Shown piece after piece: positions 40,540 through 51,775 of a stretch of DNA of 64,000 bases. Under the pieces are notes generated by a model. The model had not been told where the DNA came from. It made no database searches and worked only from the letters and a program-made list of their open reading frames with translations. How positions within the stretch are numbered: the stretch's first letter is position 1; the number at the start of each line of letters is the position of its first letter. A program made the translations under genes and the position numbers. The stretch is from an uncultured Acidobacteriota bacterium (lineage in GTDB: Bacteria > Acidobacteriota > UBA6911 > RPQK01 > JAPXNP01), in NCBI GenBank assembly GCA_963777605.1, contig CAVZRV010000011.1:352001-416000 (forward strand). Reading direction: 5' to 3'.

Positions 40540-42692
40540 AGAACCTTGCAGAAAACCGGCAACTCAGGTCAGCAATGCTCGGACGACTCCTGGTCGTCCT
40601 GGGGCTCTTTCTGGCCTGGGGTATCCTGATCCTGCTGCGACTGGTTGACCTGCAGGGATTTCGCGGCGATTCCTTCAAGCTTCAGGCTGATCTCCAACAA
40701 CAGGGCTTTATTGAACTCGCTCCCAGGCGGGGCGATATTCTCGACCGGAACCTCAAGGAGCTGGCGGTCAGCGTCCGGGGCGACCTGGTCTTTGCCCAAC
40801 CTCCTCAGATCACGGATCCGCTCACAGCTTCCCAGCAACTCGCTCCCCTGCTCGGCGAACCGGCAGACTCCATTTACGGCCAGCTCAAGAGCGACTCAAA
40901 ATTCATCTTCCTGAAGCGAAAGGTCTCGCTCGATGTAGCCCAGCAGGTGCGCGATCTCGGAATCCGCGGGATCGGAACCCAGGAAGCCATGCATCGCATC
41001 TACCCCTCCGGTTCAGTGGCATCCCACATCCTGGGAATCGTGGGAATAGACAACGAAGGGCTGGAAGGGATCGAGTACTTCTACAACCGGGAGTTGAGCG
41101 GAAAGAGAACCCGGGTGGACCTCCGAGTCGACGCCCGGCGCAACACGTTTCTCAGTGACGCTCCGGAAGTCCCGATCCAGGGAAACAGCATTGTCCTGAC
41201 CATCGACAGTACGATCCAGCACCTCACCGAAAAGGTCCTCCGCGATGCAGTGGAATCGAAGGGCGCCCGAAACGGCTCCGCCATCGTGATGAACCCGAAT
41301 ACCGGTGAGATTCTCGCGATGGCATCCTGCCCCGATTTCGACCCCAACTCGTACCGCGATTACTCCGCCGACGCCCGACGGAATCGAACCATTCTGGACC
41401 TCTACGAACCCGGCAGTGTCTTCAAGGTGATCACGCTCTCTTCCCTGCTCAACGAGCATCTGGTAACCCCGGACGAAGTCATCGACTGCCGGATCGGGGC
41501 AGCCCGCCTTGCCGGGAAGGTCTACCGGGAGGCGCATTCGAGCTACGATCAACTGACCGTCACCCAGATCATTGCCAAGTCGAGCAATGTGGGAACAGTG
41601 CAACTGGCGGTCAGGCTGGGAGAAGATCGCTTCTACTCCTATATTTCGCGCCTCGGTTTCGGGAAGCGCACGGGCATCGACCTGCCCGGTGAAGAAGAAG
41701 GTTTGCTGCGGTCCACTTCACAGTGGTCAAAGCTCTCCATCGGCGCCCTCGCGATCGGGCAGGAGATCGGGGTTACGCCACTGCAGATGATTCGAGCTGC
41801 AAGCGCGATCGCCAACGGGGGTTACCTCGTCAAGCCGTTCGTGGTTCGAAGAATCCTCTCCCCGGAAGGCGAGACGCTGTTCGAGGCCAAAGCCGAACGG
41901 CACCGGGTCCTCGACGCAGCAGCGACGGCGACTGCCCGTTCAATCATGGGAACCGTTGTCGAAGAAGGTACCGGGAAAAATGCCGCTTTGAAAGGATACT
42001 CATCGGGGGGCAAGACGGGAACCGCCCAGAAGATCGTCAACGGGCGCTACTCTCATACCAAGTACGTGGGCTCATACCTGGGCTTCGCTCCGCGGGAAAA
42101 TCCCGCCTTGATTGCCATCGTGGTGATCAATGAGCCCAAAGGGATTCCCTATGGAGGAGTCGTGGCCGCTCCCGCATTCAAGGAAATCATGGAGCGCGCA
42201 CTGATCCAGGCCCGGGTCAAACAAGATCATCCAGTTGAAGTGGACGTTGAAAATCCCCCTCTCGAATTCGTCGACGCGCGTTCACCGGCGTCTTCCCCCG
42301 AGCCGGCCCTCGGTCATGAACTCGAAGAGACGGATGAGGAATCGACCGTCTCGGGGCTCCCTGGCAGCGTGCTCTCGGTCCTTGACGCGGCAGCGGTTGA
42401 ATCACCGGATACCGGGGAAATTTCGGTTGAAACCGAGGGCACGACGCTTCCTGATTTCACCGGAAAGAGCCTTCGGGAAGTCGCCCGGATCTGCGCCCGA
42501 ATCGGCATTCGTCTTCGAATCGCAGGTTCAGGTTCGGCAGTCTCTCAGCGTCCGGCACCCGGGGGAAGGGTCTCCCGGGACATGGTCTGCGAAGTCTTCT
42601 TCGCGGGCAAGGATAAATCTTCAGATGAAACTTCGGGAATTGCTCTCCGGACTGCCGCAGGACTGGATAATCGAAACAGCCTGCGAAACTGA
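40536..42692 (+). CDS. ftsI: Class B penicillin-binding protein (FtsI/PBP3) with C-terminal PASTA domain
   Basis: RRGDILDR, EPGSVFK (SxxK), SSN and KTGTAQK. PASTA-like LPDFTGKSLRE. Confidence 0.92.
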   Translation: MKNLAENRQLRSAMLGRLLVVLGLFLAWGILILLRLVDLQGFRGDSFKLQADLQQQGFIELAPRRGDILDRNLKELAVSVRGDLVFAQPPQITDPLTASQQLAPLLGEPADSIYGQLKSDSKFIFLKRKVSLDVAQQVRDLGIRGIGTQEAMHRIYPSGSVASHILGIVGIDNEGLEGIEYFYNRELSGKRTRVDLRVDARRNTFLSDAPEVPIQGNSIVLTIDSTIQHLTEKVLRDAVESKGARNGSAIVMNPNTGEILAMASCPDFDPNSYRDYSADARRNRTILDLYEPGSVFKVITLSSLLNEHLVTPDEVIDCRIGAARLAGKVYREAHSSYDQLTVTQIIAKSSNVGTVQLAVRLGEDRFYSYISRLGFGKRTGIDLPGEEEGLLRSTSQWSKLSIGALAIGQEIGVTPLQMIRAASAIANGGYLVKPFVVRRILSPEGETLFEAKAERHRVLDAAATATARSIMGTVVEEGTGKNAALKGYSSGGKTGTAQKIVNGRYSHTKYVGSYLGFAPRENPALIAIVVINEPKGIPYGGVVAAPAFKEIMERALIQARVKQDHPVEVDVENPPLEFVDARSPASSPEPALGHELEETDEESTVSGLPGSVLSVLDAAAVESPDTGEISVETEGTTLPDFTGKSLREVARICARIGIRLRIAGSGSAVSQRPAPGGRVSRDMVCEVFFAGKDKSSDETSGIALRTAAGLDNRNSLRN

Positions 42693-44088
42693 TCCGGAGA
42701 TTTCAGACCTGGCTTACGACTCCCGAAAGGTGACGGAGGGCAGCCTCTTCTTCGCCATCCGGGGTAACGTCACCGACGGTCATCGGTTCCTGGCCGATGC
42801 TGCCGGGAGAGGTGCGGCTGGCGTCGTCTCGGAACTCCCTCATCAAGGCGACCAAGCTCTCTGCTGGGTCAGGGTCGGATCGGCTCGTCGCTCCATGGCC
42901 CTGCTTGCCGACCGCTTCAATGCTTCTCCGTCGCAGGAGATGAAACTCGTTGGAGTGACCGGAACCAACGGGAAGACGACGACCGCCTACCTGGTTCACA
43001 GCATTCTCAACACCCACTCGAATGCTGTCATGATGGGCACAGTGGAGACCGTGATCGGAAACTCGGGGAGCGAATCGAAGCTCACCACGCCCGAGTCGGT
43101 TGACATTCAGCGTTGGCTTCGCCTGGGGCTGGACGCTGGCTGCGATTCGGGTGTTCTCGAAGTTTCGTCCCACGCTCTTTTCCTCGACAGGGCTTTCGGA
43201 TGCCGGTTCCAGGCGGCTGTCTTTACCAACCTGACCCAGGATCACCTCGACTTTCATACCACTCTGGAAGACTACTTCGGGGCCAAGCGGCGCCTTTTCG
43301 ACCCATCCTATAACCCGGGCCTTGAGCACTCGATCATCAACGGAGACGACTCTTTCGGAAGACGTCTGCTGGAAATCGCCCCAGGAGCTATTTCCTACGG
43401 TCTCGGAGCCGGCCACAACGTCACGGTTGCCTCGTATCGGACCTCGGTTGCTGGGACCGAACTGCAGGTGGAGGCGTTCGGCCGGCGGCTTGAGCTGAAG
43501 AGTTCCCTGGCGGGGCGCCACAATGTTTACAACATCCTGGGAGCCACAGCCGCCTGCTCGGCCATCGGAATCGAGGATTCCCAAATCAGGAACGGGATCG
43601 AGCGGCTCCGCTGTGTGCCGGGCCGCTTCGAGAAGATTGACCTGGAGCGGCCCTTTGCGGTCGTCATCGACTACGCCCACACACCCGATGCACTCGAAAA
43701 CGTGCTGCGCCTTGCCCGCGAACTGAACCCCCTGCGTCTGATCTGCGTCTTCGGCTGCGGCGGCGACCGGGATCGGAGCAAGCGACCCAAGATGGGATCG
43801 ATCGGGACAGGTGGATCCGACATTGCGATCGTCACTTCGGACAATCCCAGAACGGAGGACCCGGATCGAATCATCGACGACATCTTCCAAGGAATCGAGA
43901 GGCCGACTGCCCGAGTGGAGCGGATCACCCTGCGCAGGGAGGCCATCCGGAGAGCCCTTGAACTTGCCCGGGAGGGAGACCTCGTATTACTCGCAGGCAA
44001 GGGACACGAAACCTACCAGGACATCGGCGGGTGCCGGATTGATTTCGACGAGCGGGAGATCGTGAGGGAGGAACTGTGCTCGATTTGA
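42625..44088 (+). CDS. murE: UDP-MurNAc-L-Ala-D-Glu--meso-DAP ligase
   Basis: GTNGKTT, LTTPE, EVSSH, DHLDFH, DYAHTPD, DNPR (meso-DAP specificity) and AGKGHE. Confidence 0.95.
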   Translation: MKLRELLSGLPQDWIIETACETDPEISDLAYDSRKVTEGSLFFAIRGNVTDGHRFLADAAGRGAAGVVSELPHQGDQALCWVRVGSARRSMALLADRFNASPSQEMKLVGVTGTNGKTTTAYLVHSILNTHSNAVMMGTVETVIGNSGSESKLTTPESVDIQRWLRLGLDAGCDSGVLEVSSHALFLDRAFGCRFQAAVFTNLTQDHLDFHTTLEDYFGAKRRLFDPSYNPGLEHSIINGDDSFGRRLLEIAPGAISYGLGAGHNVTVASYRTSVAGTELQVEAFGRRLELKSSLAGRHNVYNILGATAACSAIGIEDSQIRNGIERLRCVPGRFEKIDLERPFAVVIDYAHTPDALENVLRLARELNPLRLICVFGCGGDRDRSKRPKMGSIGTGGSDIAIVTSDNPRTEDPDRIIDDIFQGIERPTARVERITLRREAIRRALELAREGDLVLLAGKGHETYQDIGGCRIDFDEREIVREELCSI

Positions 44089-45470
44089 CTGTTCGGGAAG
44101 CAGCGACGGCGATGCGTGCGACGGTACGCGGTCTGGCACCGGACAGCCCGGCGTTGTCTGCACCCATGCCCGGAGTTTCGATCGACACCCGGACTCTCCA
44201 ACCTGGACAGGCGTTCTGCGCCATTCCGGGAAACCGCTTCGACGGCCACCAGTTTACCGGGAAAGCGGCGCAAGCAGGCGCCTCGGTACTGGTGGTCGAT
44301 CACCCCGTGACGGTTCCCGCCGAAGTCCCGCAACTGGTCGTTCAGGACACCACGGCGGCCATCCAACAGCTCGCCCGCTCCGTCCGGCGCAAGTGGGGCA
44401 AGGAACTGATTGCCGTAACAGGGAGCATGGGCAAGACGACAACCCGGGAGTTCACCACCGCCCTCCTCCAGAGCCGCTATTCAGTTCTGCAGTCTCAAGG
44501 GAACCTCAATAACCACCTCGGACTGCCCTTGACTCTCCTGAATCTCCGCAGTGACCACGAGATTGCGGTTGTCGAACTGGGCATGAACCATCCGGGGGAG
44601 ATCGATCTCCTCGGGTCGATCTGCCTTCCCAACTCGGTCTTGCTGACCAATGTCGCCCCCGTTCACCTCGAGTTCTTCGAATCAGTTGATGCGATCGCCC
44701 GGGCCAAAGGCGAAATTCTGAATCATCTCCCGGCGACCGGCCGGCTCTTCTTCAACGGGGACGACGCCCGGCTGGCCCAACTGGCCCGGCGCCATCCCGG
44801 CGAAACCCGCAGATTCGGATTCGCGGCTCCAAACGACTACCGGGTCACCGAATGGAGCATCGAAGAACTCAATTCTATGCCGCTCACCATCGCCGGCCCC
44901 GACCTGGTTTTGCACAGCAGTTTGCACTGTGTCGGCAAACACTTCTTGTACAACCTGATCGGGGCGGTTGCAGCGGCCCACTCCTGTGGCCTCGACAAGG
45001 AGGATTTGAAAGCGTCCATCCCGCGTCTGGGAGCCCTCCGAGGCCGGGGACAGATTCTCCGGGTCGGCGGGTTGTGCCTCTGGGACGACTCCTACAACTC
45101 GAATCCAGCCGCCGTCGCCAGCCTGCTTCAGACCCTGCAGTCAATCTCCGGGGTCAACCGTATCGTGCTCGTTCTTGGAACGATGCTCGAACTCGGATCG
45201 GGGTCAGCTCGATACCACCATGAAATCGGCGACATGATTCCCGCGTCAATCAGCAGGCTTGTCACCGTCGGAGACTCGGCGGAGGAGATCGGCCGCGGGG
45301 CTGTCGAAGCGGGCTTTCCAATGACAGGGCACCTGCACTGCGCGACTGCCGAGGAAGCGGCGAACGTGATCGGCCAAATCGTTGAAAACGGCGACCTCGT
45401 GGTCGTCAAAGGTTCGCGCGGGGTTGGGCTCGACCGGGTCGTCACCTCGCTCCAGGGAGGTCCAGCGTGA
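44076..45470 (+). CDS. murF: UDP-MurNAc-tripeptide--D-Ala-D-Ala ligase
   Basis: [35 protein letters not shown] and KGSRG. Confidence 0.94.
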   Translation: MLDLTVREAATAMRATVRGLAPDSPALSAPMPGVSIDTRTLQPGQAFCAIPGNRFDGHQFTGKAAQAGASVLVVDHPVTVPAEVPQLVVQDTTAAIQQLARSVRRKWGKELIAVTGSMGKTTTREFTTALLQSRYSVLQSQGNLNNHLGLPLTLLNLRSDHEIAVVELGMNHPGEIDLLGSICLPNSVLLTNVAPVHLEFFESVDAIARAKGEILNHLPATGRLFFNGDDARLAQLARRHPGETRRFGFAAPNDYRVTEWSIEELNSMPLTIAGPDLVLHSSLHCVGKHFLYNLIGAVAAAHSCGLDKEDLKASIPRLGALRGRGQILRVGGLCLWDDSYNSNPAAVASLLQTLQSISGVNRIVLVLGTMLELGSGSARYHHEIGDMIPASISRLVTVGDSAEEIGRGAVEAGFPMTGHLHCATAEEAANVIGQIVENGDLVVVKGSRGVGLDRVVTSLQGGPA

Positions 45471-46579
45471 TCTATCACCTCCTCTACTCGCTTCACGAGC
45501 AGATATCGGTCCTGAATGTCGTCCGCTACATCACCTTCCGGACGGCCTATGCTTCCCTCACTGCGCTCCTGATCAGCATGTGGATGGGACCCTGGATGAT
45601 CGCCAAGCTTCGGGAATTCAAAATCGGACAGTTTATCCGCGAGGAGGGCCCCGAAAATCACCAGGCAAAAGCCGGGACTCCAACGATGGGCGGAATCCTG
45701 ATTATTTTCAGCGTCGTGATACCAACTCTGCTCTGGGCCGACCTGACCAACCTCTATGTCTGGATCGCACTCACTTCCCTGCTCTTCTTCGGCGCGGTGG
45801 GATTCGCCGACGACTACCTCAAGATCAGTCGAAAGCGGTCCCTGGGGCTGAGGGGCTGGGAGAAGATCGCCATGCAGGTCCTCTTCTCACTCGCCATCGC
45901 TGCACTGCTGATCTACCTAAACCGGATCAACCTCTATTCCGTGGAGTTGAGTGTCCCCTTCTTCAAACGGTTTACACCGGAACTCGACCTCGTCATTCTG
46001 GGAGTTTCCACCTTTATTCCTCTGATCCTCTTCGTGGCCCTGGTTATCATCGGAAGCAGCAACGCGGTCAACATAACTGATGGGCTCGACGGGCTGGCCG
46101 GCGGCCTCGTCGTGATTGCAGCCTCGTCGCTGACGATCCTCACCTACATCACGGGTCATGCCACCTTTGCCACTTATCTCGGCCTGATCAAGAACACCTA
46201 TGCCAGTGAGTTGACCATCTTCTGCGGGGCGATGGTCGGAGCGACGATGGGGTTCCTCTGGTACAACTGCTATCCCGCCGAGGTCTTCATGGGCGACGTG
46301 GGAGCGATGGGACTGGGAGGAGCGATCGGTACGGTCGCGATCCTGATCAAACAGGAACTTCTCCTCTTCTCCATCGGAGGGATCTTCGTCATTGAGGCAC
46401 TTTCGGTGATCGTGCAGGTCGCGTCATTCAAACTCCGGGGGAAGCGGGTACTGCTCATGGCTCCCCTGCACCACCATTTCGAGAAGCTCGGCTGGGCCGA
46501 GCCGAAAGTCGTGATCCGGTTCTGGATCATAGGGCTGATATTTGCACTGTTTAGTTTGACGACCTTGAAGATTCGATGA
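45467..46579 (+). CDS. mraY: Phospho-N-acetylmuramoyl-pentapeptide transferase
   Basis: [32 protein letters not shown] and MAPLHHHFE. Confidence 0.96.
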   Translation: MIYHLLYSLHEQISVLNVVRYITFRTAYASLTALLISMWMGPWMIAKLREFKIGQFIREEGPENHQAKAGTPTMGGILIIFSVVIPTLLWADLTNLYVWIALTSLLFFGAVGFADDYLKISRKRSLGLRGWEKIAMQVLFSLAIAALLIYLNRINLYSVELSVPFFKRFTPELDLVILGVSTFIPLILFVALVIIGSSNAVNITDGLDGLAGGLVVIAASSLTILTYITGHATFATYLGLIKNTYASELTIFCGAMVGATMGFLWYNCYPAEVFMGDVGAMGLGGAIGTVAILIKQELLLFSIGGIFVIEALSVIVQVASFKLRGKRVLLMAPLHHHFEKLGWAEPKVVIRFWIIGLIFALFSLTTLKIR

Positions 46580-46629
46580 TTTGTGCACTATCGAAAGCCG
46601 GCGACGTCCGGCTCACAAAAGACAGCTTG

Positions 46630-48006
46630 ATGGAACTGAGAGATCGTAAAGTCTTGATCGTCGGCCTGGCGCGCAGTGGCGTCGCCGCCGCCGAGTTTCT
46701 GGTTCGCGAAGGGGCCTTGGTCTCGCTTACCGACCGGAAGGAGCGTTCCCAGCTCGCGCCGATGCTCCAACGGCTGCCCGCGCCGGTCAAGTTGTGTCTT
46801 GGGGGACACTCCGTCGAGGATTTCGTGAACGCAGAGCTGGTTGTGGCCAGCCCCGGGGTCCCCCCTGATCTCCCCGAACTGGTTCAGGCACGAAACCATG
46901 GAATCCCGGTTATCGGGGAAGTCGAACTCGCCTACCGGTTTCTGCAGGGGCACTTCATCGGCGTCACGGGTTCGAACGGGAAAACCACGACGACCACCCT
47001 GATCGGCGAAATCTGTCGCAGCGCCGGCCAAGCCCGATTCGTGGCGGGCAACATCGGCCGACCGCTCACCGAAGCCCTGCTCCAGGAATCTCCCCCTCGC
47101 CAATTCGTGGTCGAACTGTCATCCTTCCAGCTCGAGAGTATCGAGGAATTTCACTGCAACGTGGCTGTCTTTCTCAATCTCACTCCCGACCACCTGGACC
47201 GGCATGGAGACGCCGGCGCCTACCTGGCCGCCAAGGAACGGATTTTCCTCAACCAGGCGGCCGATGACTGGGCGGTCGTCAATCTCGATGACCCCGCCCT
47301 GGGCCAAATACGAACGGCGGCTCGCCGGTTCCCGTTCAGTGTCGAGCGCCGCCTCGCCGAAGGAGCCTACTGCGACCGCGAATCGCTGCGGCTTCGCCTG
47401 GATGGACGGGAGCACCACCTTCTTGAACGATCGGAGATTCCGTTGCGGGGCCTTCACAACCTCTCCAATATCCTGGCAGCCTCCGCCGCCGCCTTTCTGG
47501 GAGGCGTCGAAGCGGATCAGATCGCCAAGACAGTCCGTGGTTTTGGCGGGGTGGAACACCGCCTGGAATTCGTCCGCGAGATGGACGGGGTCGAGTGGTT
47601 CAACGATTCCAAGGCAACCAACGTCGACTCCGCGATGAAAGCCCTGGAGTCATTCGGCAGCCCCATCGTTCTGATCATGGGAGGGCTGGACAAGGCAGGG
47701 GACTTCCGATTGCTCCGCGCCCTGGTTCAAGAAAAGGTACGGCATTTGATCGTCCTGGGTTCGGCTGCAGAAAAGATTGCAGCCCAGCTCTCCGATACGG
47801 CGCCGATCCTGAAAGCCGGGTCCCTCGAGGAGGCGGTTGCCCGGGCGGCCCGGATCGCCCGATCCGGGGACGTCGTCCTTTTGGCGCCGGGATGCGCCAG
47901 TTTTGACATGTTTGAGAATTACGAACACCGGGGAAGGGTTTTCAAGGAGCTCGCCCACAGCCTTGCAGCCCACGCCCGGTCCGGAGAAGAAGAGGACAAC
48001 CGATGA
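46630..48006 (+). CDS. murD: UDP-MurNAc-L-Ala--D-glutamate ligase
   Basis: GLARSG, TGSNGKTTT, ELSSFQL, DHLDRH, NDSKATN and PGCASFD. Confidence 0.95.
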   Translation: MELRDRKVLIVGLARSGVAAAEFLVREGALVSLTDRKERSQLAPMLQRLPAPVKLCLGGHSVEDFVNAELVVASPGVPPDLPELVQARNHGIPVIGEVELAYRFLQGHFIGVTGSNGKTTTTTLIGEICRSAGQARFVAGNIGRPLTEALLQESPPRQFVVELSSFQLESIEEFHCNVAVFLNLTPDHLDRHGDAGAYLAAKERIFLNQAADDWAVVNLDDPALGQIRTAARRFPFSVERRLAEGAYCDRESLRLRLDGREHHLLERSEIPLRGLHNLSNILAASAAAFLGGVEADQIAKTVRGFGGVEHRLEFVREMDGVEWFNDSKATNVDSAMKALESFGSPIVLIMGGLDKAGDFRLLRALVQEKVRHLIVLGSAAEKIAAQLSDTAPILKAGSLEEAVARAARIARSGDVVLLAPGCASFDMFENYEHRGRVFKELAHSLAAHARSGEEEDNR

Positions 48007-49157
48007 TCAGGCGAATGCCCTACGATCGCATCCTGATTCTCAGCGTGCTGACCTTGTCCGCGATCGGACTGGTTATCCTGTTCAGCGCCTCATCGGTGAT
48101 CTCCCGCGAGCTCTACGGCTCTTCGACAGCGATCTTCACCAAGCAGCTGTACGCGGTTCTTCTCGGGCTCGGCCTGATGTTCCTGGCCATGCGGCTCGAT
48201 TACAGAACTTACCAGAATCGATACATCCTGGCCGCACTGCTGGCGGTCGCAATCGCCCTGCTCGGCTGGGCTCTGGCCAGTCCGGACGTAAACGGAGTCC
48301 ATCGCTGGGTCCGAATCGGACCCATGCGCTTTCAGCCCTCCGAGATTGCCAAGCTCGGAGTTATCTTGGTCACCTCCTATTACCTGGTGGCAGCGGGCGG
48401 CCAAATTCGGGATTTCGAGAAACGGATGCTCTGGTATTTCGCGCCCCTCGGCGTAATGATGCTGCTGGTCCTGATGGAGCCTGATTTCGGCACCACGACG
48501 AGCCTGGCTTTCACCCTCGCCCTGCTCTTTTTCATAGCCGGCCTGCCCTGGCGGTATTACTTTGGAGCGCTGCTCCTGGCAGCCCCCGGGTTCTACTTCC
48601 TGATCTACCGGGTTCCCTACCGGTGGAATCGCCTGCTCGCGTTCTGGGACCCGGAAGCCGATCCGCACGGGTCGGGGTACCAGATCCTCCAGAGCCTGAT
48701 CGCCGTCGGATCAGGCGGGCTCGGCGGGAAAGGCCTCGCCCAAAGCACCCAGAAACTCTTCTTCCTTCCCGAGGCTCAGACCGATTTCATTTTTGCGGTA
48801 CTTGCGGAAGAGCTCGGAATTTGGGGATCCACGATCGTTCTCCTGCTCTTCCTGGTCGTGCTTTGGCGCGGTATCCGAATCAGCCTGCGGGCGAACACGC
48901 TATTCGGGACCTACGTGGGGCTGGGAATCGTCTGCATGATCGTCTTCCAGGCCCTCTTCAACATCAGCGTGGTATTGAGCATTTGCCCAACCAAGGGAAT
49001 CCCCCTCCCCTTCATCTCCGCCGGCGGTTCATCGGTACTCGTCATGTTGATTTCAGTCGGGATCCTGCTGAATATTTCGCGGAATTCAGCGGTGCAGTTC
49101 CCCGGAACGATCAACCAACCCTCGGCTGCGGGGAACGACGGAGAACGCATCGGATGA
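48003..49157 (+). CDS. ftsW: SEDS peptidoglycan polymerase FtsW
   Basis: RW...FQPSEIAK, EPDFGT, GYQ, LPEAQTDFIF and KGIPLPFISAGGSS. Confidence 0.95.
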   Translation: MIRRMPYDRILILSVLTLSAIGLVILFSASSVISRELYGSSTAIFTKQLYAVLLGLGLMFLAMRLDYRTYQNRYILAALLAVAIALLGWALASPDVNGVHRWVRIGPMRFQPSEIAKLGVILVTSYYLVAAGGQIRDFEKRMLWYFAPLGVMMLLVLMEPDFGTTTSLAFTLALLFFIAGLPWRYYFGALLLAAPGFYFLIYRVPYRWNRLLAFWDPEADPHGSGYQILQSLIAVGSGGLGGKGLAQSTQKLFFLPEAQTDFIFAVLAEELGIWGSTIVLLLFLVVLWRGIRISLRANTLFGTYVGLGIVCMIVFQALFNISVVLSICPTKGIPLPFISAGGSSVLVMLISVGILLNISRNSAVQFPGTINQPSAAGNDGERIG

Positions 49158-50245
49158 ACGGAACGGCACAATCAAGACTGGAGAGAGTTCTCTTTGCCGG
49201 CGGCGGCACCGGAGGACACCTCTACATGGCCATCGCGGTCGCCCGAACGCTCCAGGCCGCCAACCCTGCGACCCAGTTTCTCTTCGTGGGGACTCCCGAA
49301 GGACTGGAGGCCCGAATCGTGCCTCAGCAGGGATTCCTGCTCGAGACCATTCACGTTGGGGGACTCAAGAACGTGGGGATTCGCCGGCTGGTTCGGACCG
49401 CCGTCCAGTTGCCGCTCAGTCTCGTCCATTCGCTGCGCATCGTTTCCCGTTTCCGACCCGATGCGGTTCTCGGAGTGGGTGGTTATGCTTCGGGCCCGGT
49501 CGTCCTGGCGGCATTTCTTCGCCGCATTCCCAGCGTAATTATTGAACCCAACGTGGAACCAGGACTGGCAAACCGACTCCTGCGCCCGCTTGTCGATCGG
49601 ATTGCAGTGGCATTCAAAGAGACCGCGGCCCGTTTTGGAGTCAAGGCCCGGATCACCGGGGTACCGATTCGGGAGGAATTCTTCAGGGTTCGCGAGCACG
49701 CCTTCGACGCCGATCGGCTGACAGTCCTGATTTTCGGGGGAAGCCGGGGAAGCCGGCCGCTCAACCAGCTCGTTTCAGCATCGCTTCCCCAACTTGCGGG
49801 GCACCCGGTTCACCTGATTCACCAGACCGGTCCGGACGACTACGAGACCGTCCGGGAAACCTATCGGGAAGTCGATATCTCCGCCGAGATCCTCCCCTAC
49901 ATTGACGATATGCCGGCCTGTTTCAACCGTGCCGACCTGATTGTTTCACGCTCGGGAGCATCGACGGTAGCCGAGATTACCGCAGCCGGACGACCGGCCC
50001 TGCTGGTTCCCTTCCCGCACGCCGCGGACGACCACCAGACCAAGAATGCCCGAGCCCTGGAAAGCAGGGGCGCCGCTATCGTGATGGTTCAGAAGGAAAC
50101 GACTGGGGAAACTCTGGCCGCAAAAGTCTCGGAACTGGTCCGCGACCGGGCTCAGCTGGGCCGAATGGCGGCCGCTGCCCGAGAAGCCAATCGCCCGGGT
50201 GCCGCCGGCGCCGTAATACGACTGCTCGAGGAGGCAGCTGCTTGA
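49154..50245 (+). CDS. murG: Lipid I GlcNAc transferase MurG
   Basis: GGGTGGH, GGYASGP, FGGSRGS, SRSGAST and HQTKNA. Confidence 0.95.
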   Translation: MNGTAQSRLERVLFAGGGTGGHLYMAIAVARTLQAANPATQFLFVGTPEGLEARIVPQQGFLLETIHVGGLKNVGIRRLVRTAVQLPLSLVHSLRIVSRFRPDAVLGVGGYASGPVVLAAFLRRIPSVIIEPNVEPGLANRLLRPLVDRIAVAFKETAARFGVKARITGVPIREEFFRVREHAFDADRLTVLIFGGSRGSRPLNQLVSASLPQLAGHPVHLIHQTGPDDYETVRETYREVDISAEILPYIDDMPACFNRADLIVSRSGASTVAEITAAGRPALLVPFPHAADDHQTKNARALESRGAAIVMVQKETTGETLAAKVSELVRDRAQLGRMAAAAREANRPGAAGAVIRLLEEAAA

Positions 50246-50247
50246 TG

Positions 50248-50368
50248 AGAGGTTCGATGAGGTCACGTTTCGAACACTGCAAGGTTTTAGGCTCCCGGCC
50301 ACGCCAAGCCGACCCTACCCAAAAGCACCCTTGCCGCTGGATCGATCAGGTGACCTCATCCAACCTCT
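50248..50368. repeat. 121-bp fold-back (MITE/REPIN-like or structured RNA) element between murG and murC
   Basis: Terminal inverted repeats AGAGGTTCGATGAGGTCAC and GTGACCTCATCCAACCTCT (18/19). Nested internal pairings GCAAGG/CCTTGC, TAGG/CCTA and CGGC/GCCG. Confidence 0.65.
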
Positions 50369-50407
50369 TTCTGCAGCATCGTGGAATCGACTGGTGAGCG
50401 CATGAGA

Positions 50408-51775
50408 ATGCTGAACGAACTTGGAAACTGCAGGCACTTCCACTTCGTCGGAATCGGCGGCGGGGGGATGAGTGCACTTGCCCGGCTCCTGCTTCAGCAA
50501 GGGCACGTGGTGAGCGGCTCCGACCTGCATCCGGGCTCGACGTCCAAGGCCCTCGAAACCTTGGGAGCAAACGTTTTCCAGGGGCATGACGCCGGGAACC
50601 TGAGGGACTCCGAAGTGCTCGTCTACTCGTCGGCGATCCGCGAGGGGAACCCGGAGTTGGTCGAGGCGAAACGGCTCGGTCTCCCCGTCATCCATCGCTC
50701 CGAGCTCCTCGTCGAGCTGATGCGCTATCGAAAGGGCATCGCAGTCGCGGGATGCCATGGAAAGTCAACGACGGCCGCAATGATCGGCTACGTGTTGCGC
50801 CGTGCCGGTCTTGATCCCACGATCGCGCTCGGCGCACGCCCTCTCTACCTCGAAGCCAATTCCGAGTTCGGCTCCGGGGACTGTTTCGTTGCCGAGGCGG
50901 ACGAAAGTGATCGCAGTTTCCTCAGGTTCCGACCGGAGTACCCTGTCGTGACCAACATCGACCTGGATCACACCGACACCTATCGCAGCCTCGCCGAGGT
51001 GCAGGACGCCTTCTCCCAGTTCCTCTCGAAGACTCCTTTCTACGGGCAAGCGGTTGCCTGCTGGGACAGCATTCCGCTCCGGGAAGTCCTGCGAAATGTT
51101 CACCGCCGGGTGGTAACGTACGGCTTGAGTGAAGGGGCGGATCATCGGATTTCGGAGATCCGGGAGACGTCGTCCGGCTCGTGTTTCGCGCTGGGTTTTG
51201 GAGGGGAACCCCCGGTACGGATCAGCCTTCGGTTGGGCGGCATTCACAACGTGCTCAATGCAGCCGCAACCGCCTGTCTGGCCGGAATCCTGCGGGTACA
51301 GCCTTCCGTCATCCAGAGCGCGCTGGCCGAGTTTTCCGGGGTAGAACGACGCATGGAGTTCAAGGGTGAAAGCCGGGGGGTGTTGGTCATGGACGATTAC
51401 GCTCACCACCCTGCTGAGATCAGGGCAACAATCGAGGCCTGCCAAGTTCACGATCGGAGGCTCGTAGTCGTTTTTCAGCCCCATCGCTTCTCGCGGACAG
51501 CCAGCCTGATGGACGACTTCGCCCGCAGTTTCGATCGTGCCGGCCAACTCTTTTTGATGAATGTGTACCCGGCCGGAGAAGAACCGATTCCGGGAGTGTC
51601 TTCACAGCGCCTCGCTCGCCTGATTCCTGCTCACCTGTCGGCTGAGTGGATCTCGTCCGGCGCCAAGATGGTTGACCGACTGGAGGCGGAGTGCCGGCCC
51701 GGCGACCTGCTGCTGACGATGGGCGCAGGTGATGTCTGGAAGATTGGAGAAGAGTTCCTTGAAAGAAGCCACTAA
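50408..51775 (+). CDS. murC: UDP-MurNAc--L-alanine ligase
   Basis: HFVGIGGGGMS, GCHGKSTT, EADESD, NIDLDH, DDYAHHP and FQPHR. Start 50402 or 50408. Confidence 0.95.
   Translation: MLNELGNCRHFHFVGIGGGGMSALARLLLQQGHVVSGSDLHPGSTSKALETLGANVFQGHDAGNLRDSEVLVYSSAIREGNPELVEAKRLGLPVIHRSELLVELMRYRKGIAVAGCHGKSTTAAMIGYVLRRAGLDPTIALGARPLYLEANSEFGSGDCFVAEADESDRSFLRFRPEYPVVTNIDLDHTDTYRSLAEVQDAFSQFLSKTPFYGQAVACWDSIPLREVLRNVHRRVVTYGLSEGADHRISEIRETSSGSCFALGFGGEPPVRISLRLGGIHNVLNAAATACLAGILRVQPSVIQSALAEFSGVERRMEFKGESRGVLVMDDYAHHPAEIRATIEACQVHDRRLVVVFQPHRFSRTASLMDDFARSFDRAGQLFLMNVYPAGEEPIPGVSSQRLARLIPAHLSAEWISSGAKMVDRLEAECRPGDLLLTMGAGDVWKIGEEFLERSH

Noticed and set aside
50248-50368. SRP 4.5S or 6S RNA as identity of the murG-murC hairpin
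   Set aside because: Lacks the conserved SRP domain IV motif and is too short for 6S, with no large central bubble.
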